64,000 nucleotides of DNA from Octopus vulgaris. Taxonomy: Eukaryota. The stretch spans positions 3,038,001-3,102,000 of the forward strand of contig OX597822.1 in NCBI GenBank assembly GCA_951406725.2. Reading direction: 5' to 3'. Of the stretch, positions 42,663-57,659 are shown piece after piece (the stretch's first letter is position 1; each line of letters begins with the position of its first letter). The position numbers and the translations under genes are program-made. Below the pieces are notes generated by a model. The model was not told where the DNA came from. It did not search any database and was given only the letters and a program-made list of their open reading frames with translations.

Positions 42663-43138
42663 TTGTTTTTTTTTGTTGTTGTTATTATTCCCGTTATTAT
42701 TAGGAATTTGTGTATTTTCTTTGTGTGAGAGAGAAAAAATATTTCTTCATTTCATATTTCGTTGAAAGAAGAACTCCTGACGTTTCGGAAATTGTTCTTT
42801 CGACGCGATACAAAATGCCGAAACTTTAAGCTTTAGTAATAATATATTTTGCTGATTTGCTCTACTTTGACTTATGTTTTAGACCTATACATACATACAT
42901 ATACTCACATTCAGTCATGTATATATTCACATACACAGATACAGACGGATACACACACATACACACACACACACACACGCATAGAGGAGTAAAAAATTGA
43001 ACAGAAGGATGGCAAAGGAACCCACGGAAAAATCACACGCAAGACGTGGTCATGCTCATCCCTTATCAGTTATCGGCCAAAAATCGTAACAATTTCGCTC
43101 CATTATAGTCACACATACATACATACATACGTACATAA

Positions 43139-43169
<31 letters not shown>

Positions 43170-43213
43170 CATACATACATACATAATGCATGCATACATG
43201 CATACATACATAC

Positions 43214-43294
<81 letters not shown>

Positions 43295-44202
43295 CACTCA
43301 CATATATATATGTATATATCCATTCATACATATATATATACATATATAAATGTATATATATTTATATATGTATATGTATATATATATATATGTATATATA
43401 TTTATACATATATATATATATGCATATATATATTCATATCTCTATATATGTATACACATACATGTATATATATATATATATATCTGTATGTTTACGCATA
43501 CATACTCATACGCAAACTGGAACCTGCATGCACACACTACATGTGCGCGCTTTCTCATACACATCTGCGCATTAACAAGTATTTTCATCGAAATAAATAA
43601 CAATGAATTGATCGATTACCACCATTAAACCTCCTGCTTTTTCACATAAATACTTAACTAAGGATCACTGTGAAGTCCCCTTAACCCAGGGACCTGACTT
43701 TATAGTAGATTGTAATGTTTCGTTTCTAGTTTAATAGCTATCTTTATTTAATTTATTCCGAATGTTGTATACTTGTCTGAAATTCCGCCGACAGCCAGCG
43801 GGACACAGTCTATGAACATGTCACTATTTTGTTATAAACACATTTGTTCGCGGTTTGTATGGTTTGGACCTGAATGAAGGTTCTTTGATTTTTGTAAATA
43901 TGTATATATATGTATGTTAACTTGTATATTGTCAGAACTGTCCACTGATAATACGTTTTGCACTAATCCTTGTAATCTTAGAAAGAGCGGAAGCTGCAAA
44001 CTGCGCACATGATGTATAAGCATGTATTATATTGAATGTATACACCCTTCGTTATTTGCATGGAGGAGTTTGCGTTGTTGTTCTTGTAGTGAGTGACGGT
44101 GCTAATGGTAGATGTCTTTATAGAAGTGGATGTAGAATAATTTCATAGAAAGACGGTGAAGAGCCGTTACGAATCTTGTTCCAAGGTGACGGGAACAAAA
44201 GT

Positions 44203-44445
44203 GGAAACGTGTGGCTTAGTGGTTAGGGTGTCAGCACCATGATCGTAAGATTGTGGTTTCGATTCCTGGACCGGTGGACGCGTGGTGTTCTTGAGCAAAA
44301 CACTTCATTTCATGTTGCTCCAGTCCACTCAGCTGGCAAAAATGAGTAATCCTGCGACGGACCGGTGTTCCGTCCAAATGGGGAACATATATGCCATTGA
44401 AACCGGGAAACCGGCCCTCATAAGCCTGGCATGGCTCGAGAAGGA
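44203..44445 (+). mobile_element. tRNA-derived SINE family D
   Basis: GTGGCTTAGTGGTTAGGG..GGTTTCGATTCCTGG..TTCTTGAGCAAAACACTTCATTTCA; copies at 56705-56950(-) and ~10500-10700(+). Confidence 0.8.
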
Positions 44446-44464
44446 AATATTTATTATTTTCATT

Positions 44465-44551
<87 letters not shown>

Positions 44552-45364
44552 TGTAATGTATACATATATAGCTTTTCGTATGATTTCCTTTCACGTCCTT
44601 GGAGAAAATAAAGTTCCTAACTCCATCATCACCTGTTCGAGATATTCGTAATCTCATCTTCAGGAAAAAAAAAATCATATTATTGCCTGTTGCATTCTGA
44701 TTATGGTATTGGAACCAAACTGGCTGCGGTATACCACGTCGGGAGAATTAGAATTTTAACCGTTATATTTATGCTTCCACAGAGACAGTTTTATGTTTTT
44801 GAATGCTATCTGTGATTAAACTTTATTTCATCATTAATTATATATGTTCATGTTCGGAATTCTAAAGACTATGAGTGTTTTGTTTACTAATGTTTTTCTG
44901 CTTAGGAGCCTACAACGCACTTACATCAAAGATTTTAGATTCTACTACAGCGCACGACGTATAACAAAACTAGATTAGGATATGATAGTAGGGGCATATG
45001 TTGTCTTAACAAAAAAAAATCAGACGGTCTGTAAAGGAAGCAATATTCATAGCACACAGCAAAGCTAAATTAATAACACAGACATACTATACAGGTTATA
45101 AACCAAAATATCTGATCAATCAAAAGTAACGGTTATAATTCAAAAGCCGGTGGTTACATCTGTAGTAATCGGATTGGGCGCGATATTCCAGCAGTTCGTA
45201 CCGATGACTCTTCAGCCGGACTAAACGGCAGAGAACTGATACAAATATATGCGTTGACCTCGATAATATAAATGTCAAACTAGAACAATTTTATATTCAT
45301 TGCAACATTCCTGAAACAAAATCTATTAAGTATGCGTATATATCTACACACACACACACACACA

Positions 45365-45427
<63 letters not shown>

Positions 45428-45445
45428 TTATATTTATACATGTAA

Positions 45446-45680
45446 GGCGGCGAGCTGGCAGAAACGTTAGCGCGCCGGGCGAAATGCTTAGCCGTATTTC
45501 GTCTGTCTTTACGTTCTGAGTTCAAATTCCGCCGGGGTCGACTTTGCCTTTCATCCTTTCGGGGTCGATAAATAAAGTACCAGTTTCGCACTGGAGTCGA
45601 TGTAATCGACTGAACCCGTTTGTTTGTCCTTGTTTGTCCCCTCTATGTTTAGCCCCTTGTGCGCAGTAAAGAAATATATA
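45446..45680 (+). mobile_element. tRNA-derived SINE family A, full length, with 19-bp TSD
   Basis: Head GGCGGCGAGCTGGCAGAAACGTTAGC, B-box GAGTTCAAATTCC, core GGGGTCGATAAA..AAGTACCAG. TSD ATTTATATTTATACATGTA at 45426-44 and 45682-700. Other copies at roughly 635-1620 (several), 5325-5480, 7255-7460, 20948-21530, 22670-22820, 34760-35700, 50535-50735 and 63080-63285. Confidence 0.85.
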
Positions 45681-45741
45681 CATTTATATTTATACATGTA
45701 TGCATGTATACAGATATATATATATATATATATATATATGT

Positions 45742-45785
<44 letters not shown>

Positions 45786-46760
45786 ATGTGTATATATGTA
45801 TAGATAGATGTATATATTAATGTATGTGTATGTGTGTATCTATCTCTCTGTGTATCTGTCTCACTCTGTCAATCTATCTTTCTATAACCGAAATAAATTT
45901 GCGAATTGAATATTCATGTTTATTTTTGTCTCAATTCCAAGAGAAATGTGCGTATATGTAATCATGCATATGCAACCAACTATTTCACATACATACGTAT
46001 TCTTAGTTGGGTAAAGTACCTGCCTCGTGCATACACATATATACACACACACACATCCCGTGCATAAATAGGTGTTAGTTCTTACTTTAATTACTGAAAG
46101 ACTCATCTATACCCATCAAAAATCTCCACTGTGACTGAAAGTACAATGATCGCTTCCTTTGTTATTAAATTCTGAAAAGGAATATTCCAAGGAAGCTGTC
46201 TTCGTATGCTTCTATTGAGTTCGTACTAAATCCATTTTCGTCGCATTCTCAGAAGTCCTGTGGTTATGTGATGTGTCTATAACTGCAAGAGAAACTAATG
46301 TATAACAGCATTGATTAACTCAAGATCTACAATGTAGATTGTGTATATTCATAAAACTATAAAGTTACTGCACTTAACAATAACAGTCTGTGGCCGATAA
46401 AGGAACGGATTGCAGCCGAAAATGAACGCCGAAAAACCATTTCCCAAGTGGTCGTTTTATCTATAATGTCCAGAACAACGGATATTAGAAATTACTAGCT
46501 GTTAATGAATTATATATCTCATAAAGGCGCTGTGATCAATGATAGACCAAGCATATTTGAAAAAGAAATATGACTGTCAGAAATTTTCTCTTAGTAAAAG
46601 ACAATATCTTAAAATGTGCTGAAACCGAAATTCGATATAAAAGATGATTGGGCTTTGCAAGAATTCTGCATAACCATTAAATATACTGGAAGATTCCACG
46701 AAAGTAACGGTATTGATACAGTCTATTTCAGAAGACAACTATTGGGAATGAATTACATAC

Positions 46761-46817
<57 letters not shown>

Positions 46818-46897
46818 TACACACACACACACATTTTTCATATATACGTCTATGTACATGCAAATCGATATACGTGAGCGTATATAAATACACACAC

Positions 46898-46974
<77 letters not shown>

Positions 46975-47037
46975 AGATCGTTAGCCACTACACACATTTT
47001 TTCTCTCCTTGTTTCTCTCCTTGTTTTTTCTGTGTCC

Positions 47038-47073
47038 CTTTCTGTAGAAGAGCGTAGGCTCGAAACGAAAAAG
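47038..47073 (+). ncRNA. Degenerate minimal hammerhead motif in a Penelope-pLTR-like repeat
   Basis: CTTT-CTGTAGA-A-GAGC-GTAG-GCTC-GAA-ACGA-A-AAAG: stem I CTTT/AAAG, stem II GAGC/GCTC, core substitutions at A6 and U16.1. Confidence 0.6.
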
Positions 47074-47163
47074 ACTTTTGCTAATCCTGAGTGTTATACT
47101 AATACATTTGTTTGTTTTGTACACCACCTGTCTTCGTCTTTTGTTTTTTTCGTAAACTCTCCC

Positions 47164-47194
<31 letters not shown>

Positions 47195-47850
47195 GTATGT
47201 ATGTATATATACACAAATTTAGAGCCTGAACTCACAAGTGATGAGAACATCAACGTGTGGAGTGGTTGTGAATTGAAGAAGTAAGACTCCGATAAACTGG
47301 TGTATGACTGAAGAGGTGCTCGACTGACTTACCTAAAACAAATGTGTGGAAGAGGAGTATTCCATATATATGTATAGAAAAATGATTATGTAAGTGTATA
47401 TTTCCCCCGTAGAAATGAAAATGATGTTAACATCGACAAAATATGTAGCAAATCGTCATAGTTTGTTGAAGATTTTGTGTCTAAGAGCTCGGGTTTACTT
47501 CAAATTATCCAATAATAAAAAAAAACAATGAAATCTCCATATGTGATTAGTAGATGCCCCCAAATATCGTTAAGGGTCCATCTTCCAACGGGTTAATATA
47601 CTGGTGCTAAATTACTGTACAATACCATCCGTAGGAAATTTGCGATTTATTTCTTAAATATTGTTCTCCAATACATCCGTACATGTTATTACAGAGAATA
47701 CTGGACGTAAAGTCCAATTAAAACTTTGGCCAAGCGAAAATATGACAGCATTCATATAGCTGTGTGCGGCAAAAATAAAAGTAAATATATGCATAGATAT
47801 AAAGGTGACTACCTTGTTAACGTATACGTTCCTTTCACAATCAGTGAGAA

Positions 47851-47911
<61 letters not shown>

Positions 47912-47914
47912 ATA

Positions 47915-47964
<50 letters not shown>

Positions 47965-48252
47965 TATGTATATATATAATATATATATAGATGTATATAT
48001 ACGAAAACACTGTCATTGCTTTGTGGCACGGAGCGAGGGGCTTGCCTTGCTATCCACACCGGAAACACGCAGTAAATGATCGACAACATTCGAGAAAACT
48101 GATTCTACAGCGTTTTCCAGTTGGCAAAAGGTTTGCAAAGAATCTCTAGACCTCAAGAGCCACATGTGTGTTCATAGAACATGATTGTCGCTCTGTTTTA
48201 CTGAACCCTAATTACTTGTTGACGACAAGAGAATATATATACATCTAGATAC

Positions 48253-48297
<45 letters not shown>

Positions 48298-49223
48298 TAA
48301 TAAGAGACACAGACACACGCATATATACACACATATATTTATAGGGTTATATATAGACACGCACGAAGGATCCGTTCCCTTCCATCCATATAAATGTTGC
48401 TAAATATTATTGCGTAACAAAGTATTCATTAGTTCATTCTCTTAGTGTTATCTCACTCTCCCTTATGTGTGGTATGATACTTATACATATATAAATATGC
48501 ACACACATAATATATAAATGAACTAACGCTGAAATCGGGTCCGATATGATAATAACGGAATTTTTTGGAAATATCTGTCGGCTTTCTTTGAAATACGTGC
48601 TTGTAGAGATATATTACATGGTTATTGATGTAGTGTCCATTTTCGGCATATTTTGGCATTAGAATCTTTTTCTTTTGCACTTATAAATTGTTTATATATA
48701 TATATATATATATATATTAGTAAAAAGTAAGGGATTACCCCAAAACGATTACCAGTTTGCTCTCAGTTAGGTATTCAAAATATATTCAAGAATTAACATA
48801 TAAAAGGCTGTATGTAATTATAGAATAAGAAGAAATGCTATGCCTACTTCGGAATAATACTTATTTTTAATATTGTCAATAAATAAATAAATAAATAAAT
48901 AAACGAATAAATTTAAATGTGTGTGTGTGTGTGTGTGTGTGTGCATATATATATATGTATATATATTGAATTTATATATAAATATATATATATGTTTTTG
49001 TTTATATTATGTATATATTGTATATATGCACATATATATACATGTATGCATATATATATGTATATATTGAATGTATATGTATATATAATTACATACATAC
49101 GCATACATTCATATCTTTCATTTTCCATCCAATATAATTTCTATGTGTGTCTTTGTTTCTATACGTGAATATATTTATATGCGTGTGAATGTATACATAT
49201 ATTAGTGTACGTGCGCGAGTGTA

Positions 49224-49268
<45 letters not shown>

Positions 49269-49774
49269 GTATATATGTAAATATGTATATATGCATAAAT
49301 ATATGTATGTATATATAGATGTATACATATATGTATATATGCGCATATATATATGTATGTATATTTGTTTATATGCTTGTATATATACATGTGTATTTAT
49401 GCATTTACGGATCTATCTATCTATCTATCTATTGAAATATATTCAATAACAACGATATCTATTTATATCGCAATTGCTTTTAAGACGAAACCTAAGAACT
49501 GACCAATTCCCCTTTGTAAATACATCTATTGTGGTTATATAAACATATTGATGTTACGTGAACCTATACAACATAGCTGACCACATTCCACTGATTGGTA
49601 GCAACCAGAAAAAACATTATAGCGAGCACGCAGGAAATACCATAATTTAATAAATTCACTCAACGTTCCAATTTTAAATGCAGCAAGCTTCAATTTGATC
49701 CGAGTTTTAGTGCAGAGACTGACACAGCTGTATTCACTGGCTTTTCTGTTAGTGTAATAATGTTTATTGACAAC

Positions 49775-49848
<74 letters not shown>

Positions 49849-49924
49849 AGTATGAGACCTCGTCTGTATCACTAGCGGTTTTTTTTCCTCTGTCTTCCCT
49901 TCTCTGGACCTTTCCTTCTCCTAT

Positions 49925-49959
49925 GTTTCCGACGAAGAGCTCCGCTCGAAACGTCAAAC
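49925..49959 (+). ncRNA. Minimal hammerhead motif (U4->C variant) in a Penelope-pLTR-like repeat
   Basis: GTTT-CCGACGA-A-GAGC-TCC-GCTC-GAA-ACGT-C-AAAC: stem I GTTT/AAAC, stem II GAGC/GCTC, palindromic stem III ACGT, GTC triplet. Confidence 0.7.
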
Positions 49960-50066
49960 CCTCCTTCTTCCCTTCTTTCCTGAGCGTCCAATAATACTTT
50001 ATTTGTTCCACATCCTTGCGTTGTTGTCTTTTTGTTTTCTTGTTTTCTTGTTTATATATATATGAT

Positions 50067-50112
<46 letters not shown>

Positions 50113-50794
50113 CGTAGATAACACAGAGGTGTGGATTTCTGAGTAAAATTTGAATATCGCCGGATTCAATACGATCCGAGTTTCTGTGCTGAGATGGTAT
50201 TCATTAGCTTTTGGTATGGTGTGATAATGTATGTTTATAATACATACTGGCATGGATAATGTAGACGCCTAGATTTTTACCAAGTTAAATTTAAATATCG
50301 CCGGGTTTAATTTGATCCGAGATAATGCGCTGAGAGTGACTCTATTATTTGCGTAGATTTCCTTGGGGTGCTATTATGTTTTCCATTTACTACATAGCAT
50401 GCTGAAATATGATGCATTTATTATCATCTGGTTAAATATGAGTATCATTGAGTTCTGTGTAATTCGAGATCGTGCGTTGAAACTGGTGCATTCGCATTAA
50501 ATTTCGTAGAAATATCATAGCTCAATACATACAGTTGGCAGAGTCGTTACGGCGCTGGAAAAATTGCTTAGCGGCATTTCTTCCGATTTTACGTTCTGAG
50601 TTGAAATTGCACTGGGGTGGAATTTGACTGTCATCATTTCGGGGTCGATAAATTAGGTACCAGTTGAGCACTGAGGTCGGTGTTATCGACTTATCCTCCT
50701 CCGAAGTTGTTGGCTTTGTGTCAAAATTTGGAACAATTTTTGCTATTAATATTATACTATTTTCATTTCTTTGTGTTATTTTATAATGTGTATA

Positions 50795-50886
<92 letters not shown>

Positions 50887-50925
50887 TAAATATATATATG
50901 TATATACATATACACATATATATAT

Positions 50926-50999
<74 letters not shown>

Positions 51000-51087
51000 C
51001 TCATTATATTATATGTAAACGCCAAAACTTTATGTGTGTTCTTATATTATCTCCTTCATCCTTCGCCCTGGTGGCATATAAAAGAAA

Positions 51088-51124
<37 letters not shown>

Positions 51125-51848
51125 ACAATATACATAATATAGATAGATTCTAAACTGCAAAGCAAGCGTCTTATTCATAAACAGCAATATTTAATGGATG
51201 CTGAAATCGTGCAGTTTCACCATATTGCAGGAATGCTTTTTTTTTTTCAAACCATTTCCTACGAAGCTGAATTGAGATGAAGAATGGAAGTTGATTTGAA
51301 TGAAGAATTTCTGTGATTTTTTCTCCTTCTAATCATTGATATTTCACAAGTATGTATTTTAATGCTGCTGTTAAAGTTTGTTCATGCTAACTTTATAGTT
51401 ACGGCTGTCATTTCCGTTCTTTCTTTCGTTGTTGCTTATGCTGTTGTTGTTGTTGTTGTTATTGTTATTGTCGTTCCATTAAGAGTGTTCTTCCAATTTC
51501 AAGAGGTCAGTTATTGTTTTCTTTCTTTCTTTTTATTTTCGTTTTTGATGTATGAGAGTTGAAATAAATTAGTCAATAAGAAAGCTATTACTCCTAGAGT
51601 CCCGAAAGAAAAGCGGCGGAACAAACATACACAGCACACTGAATATCTTCAACTAAATGTTTGCAAGTGAAAAAAATAAATAAGTGAAAGATAAAAAAAA
51701 ATGGCTGAAGAGTGTACCTGGGTGGAACTCTCGTCCAATGACTTGTAAAACGGTTGTTTTACGCAAAAGGCGGATTATAGTAATTGATCTAACGAATGGG
51801 AAATAGACAGATACTACGTACCTACTGATATTCCTTCACATGTGTGTA

Positions 51849-51880
<32 letters not shown>

Positions 51881-51971
51881 TGTGTGTGTGCGTGTGTGTA
51901 GAAATGTCGGAATGTACGTAGGTATCTCTCTATTTCCTATTCCTTTGGTCAAACAATATAATCTGTGTGTT

Positions 51972-52027
<56 letters not shown>

Positions 52028-52382
52028 CATGTGTGTATGTGTATATATATTTACACGCATATATGTATATATATACATGCATATATGCATGAATACACAC
52101 ATGCACACACACATATATAAATACATATATACATGCATAAATACATACATACATACGTACACATATACACACTAAATGTGAGGGATTCCTGAAATCCAAG
52201 CGTTTACCTACCTCAGGCCCACCATACATGCGAATATTAGCTCACAAATGTAGGAAAAGAAACAATAGAAACATGTGTTTCGCACAAACTATTTTCTCAC
52301 AAATGTCTGCTTTAGTCAAAGAGTGTAAAAGAACAAATGAATAACCTAGAAACGCCATTACCTCTAAATCTTTTGTTATAAA

Positions 52383-52440
<58 letters not shown>

Positions 52441-52707
52441 AAAACAGATACACTCATATGCATACATGTATTTCTACATATGCATGTATGTATGCATGTA
52501 TGTATGTATGTATGTGTATATATATATATTATTATAATTTAGGGTATCTGAGAGATACTACCACGCTGAAAATAGCAGTTAAAACCTGACTCTAAAGCCA
52601 CATTAAATGTTCATATAGCACAAGGAGAGAAGACTGATCCAAAATTTCTGACTTTGCATAAGAGATGCTCTGCCTTCGTCAGTGGAATATACTCAGATAG
52701 CACATAA

Positions 52708-52798
<91 letters not shown>

Positions 52799-53022
52799 AC
52801 ATACGATATATTTACATATACGAGCGCCTATATATACATATATATGCACGTATGTACACGACCAGTTTAAATTGCCCGCCTAAAATATCCTCGTGCGATA
52901 TTATTACCTTTGAAAGGCTTTTATTCCCATGTTGGCCACTTGATAAGATCGATATTTTAATATCGATCTTATCCTTATATATATATGATAACAATAATTA
53001 TAACGATATATAATATGGAGAC

Positions 53023-53213
53023 TTGTTCGTCCTCATTATTTATCTCATACAGCATATTTTTATAGTTATTACGACCAACACGTGTTTCCACCGCACAGAA
53101 TGTTATGCCCGGTTGCATGTACAACTACTCATACTCTGTACAGTGAAAATACGTGTAATGTCGTAAAAACTATAAAGATATGCTATATGAAATTGTAAAA
53201 GAAGAGGGAACAA
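53023..53213. repeat. Degenerate ~190-bp palindrome (old MITE-like)
   Basis: Arms AGCATATTTTTATAGTTATTACGAC..ACACGTGTTTCCAC / GTGAAAATACGTGT..GTCGTAAAAACTATAAAGATATGCT. Confidence 0.6.
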
Positions 53214-53780
53214 ATTTTGAGTGTGAACACATCTGAATATTCTCTACAGCTATAGTTATTGCTTATATACATTGCAGACAATATTACCATCCATGAAGCG
53301 AACACACAGTTATCCATCGAAGGAATTTACAGCGTCAGCGACAACTCATATTATCAGAGACATTAAATATTAATCGATGCAGTTAGCCATAACCTGGAAT
53401 ATAACTAAGAGCAACTACGTTATCCGCCCGGATAATACAAACGTCTAAACTCACATTAGTGTATATATATATGGATGGAGAGAAAGAAAGTGAAAAAAGA
53501 GATAGGGAAACCCTATGATATGTTACATTCAAGTCTTAGAGGAGCCTGTTCTAACGCCGTGTCGTTTTAAGGATTTTTAATCATTGAAGTTTTCAGTATG
53601 TATGCATTAATACATCCATAGTTTTCTCTACAGGGTTATGGTGTTCGTCGCTTTCTTTTTAGCAGTGAAGATAGAAAAGATAGGAGTGAGACGAAGATAG
53701 ACGTTCTTCCTGAAATTTTGAGGATTGTACTTATATTGTACAAAGACATACCTATCTATCTATCTATATATATATCTATA

Positions 53781-53853
<73 letters not shown>

Positions 53854-55036
53854 CATATATATATAAACTTAGATAAACTTAGATATGTTTCGACCAAAGA
53901 TTGGTCCAGGCCATGTCTAACTTAATAGCACCACCTGATAGGATTATTCGAATCCTGTTTAAGTCAAGTTATGTTTATGGTCCATTATATATATGTAAAA
54001 AGTAAAAGTAAAAACAAAACAATAAACGTCCACGGGACGTACACAATGACTGTATTAGGTTGGAGCTCAGTTTAAGAGGGAAAAAGAGCGCGTATATATA
54101 TATGCGCATGCGCACACAGAGACACGCACGATTTTTTAATCATGTTACACTAACAAAAACCCATAGCCGCCAGGCCCAACAATCGAACTCTCAGCCCGTC
54201 GATCGTTACCAGTGGGCCATGCGCCTTCACGATAAGTAACTCTATCTCTGAGCTAAAGTTTGGTCCCATGAGAGACGTAATTAGCCACTGATACCAATTT
54301 CTTTGCGGAGTTTGATCACATTAGAAATGCTTCAAAATGGCAATGTTATTATGACACCTTCTTCTGTAAATATGTAGCATATTGCTAAAATATTTTAAAT
54401 AATTAATCGTCGAGTGACAGAAATAATTGAACACGTGAGTAAATGTCTTCCAATATTTAATGGCGTCCCACAATTTACTGAGATCGACTCATAGCCGAGT
54501 CGATGTCATTCATTCCTACTGCACGAATGGTTGATAAATTAAGTAATTAAACGACAGTTATTATTTCGCGTTTATTTACTTAATTATACACCCTTCCTTA
54601 AAAAAAAAAAAAAAATGGTCCACAGCAAAAAAGGAAAAAAAAATATGATAACGACTTTTAGATTTTTTTCTTAAAATAGCATATGTGTTACGAATTTTCC
54701 ATTTTCATCGTATTTCGCTTCTTGATATTCATTAAGCATTAATTAATTCATTCCACCAAAATTACATATCTTGAAAATGTGCTTATTAATCTACAGAGAA
54801 TGCTTAACGGGAGATATTGATCTTTTGCATTTCTGTAAAGCATTTGTTTCCATTTGACTTTCAGTGTTGTTATATGGGTTTTATAACGTATCGGAATATA
54901 TATACCACGATATATAGTATGATATCCTGGGCAACATGTACGGGGTAAATATAACCATGAAATATGATACGATATCATTAGCAATGTAATGTAAAATATA
55001 TAACTACGAAATATCGTGTGTCATTAACCATGTGAT

Positions 55037-55112
<76 letters not shown>

Positions 55113-55608
55113 TGTGTGTGAGTGTATGCTGTATCTATATATGTGTGTATGTATATGTAGAATCTAATGTGATATCATAGTGTGATGTGGCATATATATA
55201 ACCACGATATATGATGTGATATTATTTGGAATGTTATACATTTGTCTATGACCATGGCATATGTCGTATCATCATTTAGCAATAGAATGTGTAATTTGCC
55301 AAAATGAGATGACCGCTTAAATATGGCGGAAAATTATATTCTTTTTCTAACCTTATTTGTATTTGAAAATATGTCGCGAAGATAGATTTTGATATACACA
55401 GACAAATATACATTAACATACACGCGCACGCCTGCACATGCGCACGCATATTTAATTAAAGCTTGACTCAGCACCTTATATGTTGAAAATATAGTGGGCA
55501 ATTTAGCTTTTCTGATATCTTATGAAATTGAAGAGTTTTAAGCGAGTACAAGATTTTAAGGCATATGGAGGTCAGTCAAAATGTCATTGAATATGTATAT
55601 GTATGTAT

Positions 55609-55642
<34 letters not shown>

Positions 55643-56584
55643 CTCTATATACATATGTATATATATATCCATACACAGATATACATATCTATATCTATCT
55701 ATCTATCTATATATATATATGTACACACAGATATACATAACTATATCTATATCTATCTATCTATATATATATATATAAATAAATATATATATATATATAT
55801 ATATGTACACACAGGTACACACACATACAAAGACGCACGCACAGATAAACACACGTACACACATACACGCACGCACACATGTGTTGTGCACCGAGTAGAC
55901 GAAAATAATATTTTGATTCTTCCCAAATATCTCACTCCCTCCATTTTTTTAAATCTCAATATTATTATTACATCCTGTCTGTGAGAAAAAAAAAATGAAA
56001 AATAAAAATAAAAATATCAGACAAACAAAAATTTATCTTTTTCGTATACTCTCAAAGAATTGGTTTAATTTTTTCAAAATAAAAAGACGATATATATAAA
56101 TTCTTAAAATATTATAAAGTGTAGAGGTTGCTGAAATATTTTTAATATTTTTATTATTTGCTGCATTATAATATTATATATGTTTTTTTGTAATAATGAA
56201 GTTCCTCTAAAAGATTCCTGCATATTTCTGTCACACCTTCATAGAAAAATGCTTGTAACTGCTTATTTCTTTGCTAGATAACTATTCTTCAATTATCTTC
56301 ATATTTTATGTAGTTCTAGTCAGTTTGTCTAATTTTTTCATTCCTGAAATATATTCGGATATTTTCTACATCGTAACTGTATTTAATGTGCACTCTTTAA
56401 GCAGAAACTTAGGCTGAAAGTTTGGAGAATATTGGCTAGAGTTTAAGTAAACTAATGCTGGTCGGTAGAGTTAGTTTAGAAATTCTCCGAAAGCATTTAC
56501 AACATATATAGAATGCATTTTCTGTTTAATTTTTATTCGTCTTACCATCACAATGATTCCCATATGTATATATGTATATATGAA

Positions 56585-56656
<72 letters not shown>

Positions 56657-57045
56657 CACGTACATAAATGTATATATAAATATGTATATAAAATGAATAA
56701 ATGCGCCCTTTTAAAGCCTAGTAAGGCTCATGGGCCCGGTTTCCCCGGTTTCTATGGCGTATGTGTTCCCCAGATGGACGGGACGCCAGTCCATCGCAGC
56801 GTTACTAATTTTTGCCAGCTGAGGGGACTGGAGCAACGTGAAATGAAGTGTTTTGCTCAAGAACACAACGCGTCGCCCGGTCCAGGAATCGAAACTACAA
56901 TCTTACGATCATGATGCTAACAACCTAACAACTAAGCCACGCGCCTCCACACATATGTATATACATATATATATATATATATATGTACATATATATACAT
57001 ACATATATATATAATACATATATATGCATATATATATGTATATAC

Positions 57046-57080
<35 letters not shown>

Positions 57081-57205
57081 AAGGGATATTGATGTAAATA
57101 AACAGGCTTCTGATTGATTGATTGATATATATATATATATTTATATCTGTATATGTTAATATATATATGTATATGCATATATATACATATATATATGTAT
57201 ATTCA

Positions 57206-57283
<78 letters not shown>

Positions 57284-57307
57284 TATGCATATAATCAAAA
57301 TAAAAAC

Positions 57308-57550
57308 AAGGATATCCAGAGGTAATGCAGTGCGATCGTTTCAAGCAACTCTATTTAATTGAACTATGCAATTATTTCATCAATCTCAATGCAGAGCCAT
57401 CTTCAGCTGCATTAGGACATAGAATTGTAAAATTATATTAATGTGTCCATCTGTTTTAATTTAATGTCCTTATGCAGTTGAAGATCTCTCTGTATTTAAA
57501 CTGAAGTGATTGCTGGAAACGATCGCACTGCATTAGCTCTGGATATCCTT
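57308..57550. mobile_element. Foldback element whose two arms each carry a hammerhead-like fold (inverted Penelope-like pLTR derivative)
   Basis: Outer arms AAGGATATCCAGAG-TAATGCAGTGCGATCGTTTC and their reverse complement. Inner arms ATCTTCAGCTGCATTAGGACAT/ATGTCCTTATGCAGTTGAAGAT. Each arm reads ATGCAG-(C/T)TGAAGA...GAAAC-GATC-GCA-CTGCAT. Confidence 0.7.
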
Positions 57551-57624
57551 TGATTTGAATCACCTCATTTTGACATTGTATGGATAATACCTTGCTAAAT
57601 TCTAGGGCTTCAACTTAAGTACCA

Positions 57625-57652
<28 letters not shown>

Positions 57653-57659
<7 letters not shown>

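Noticed and set aside
52638-52686. Minus-strand TCCA-CTGACGA...GAAATTT-TGGA hammerhead-like motif
   Set aside because: Stem III is essentially absent and stem II weak; cannot distinguish from chance
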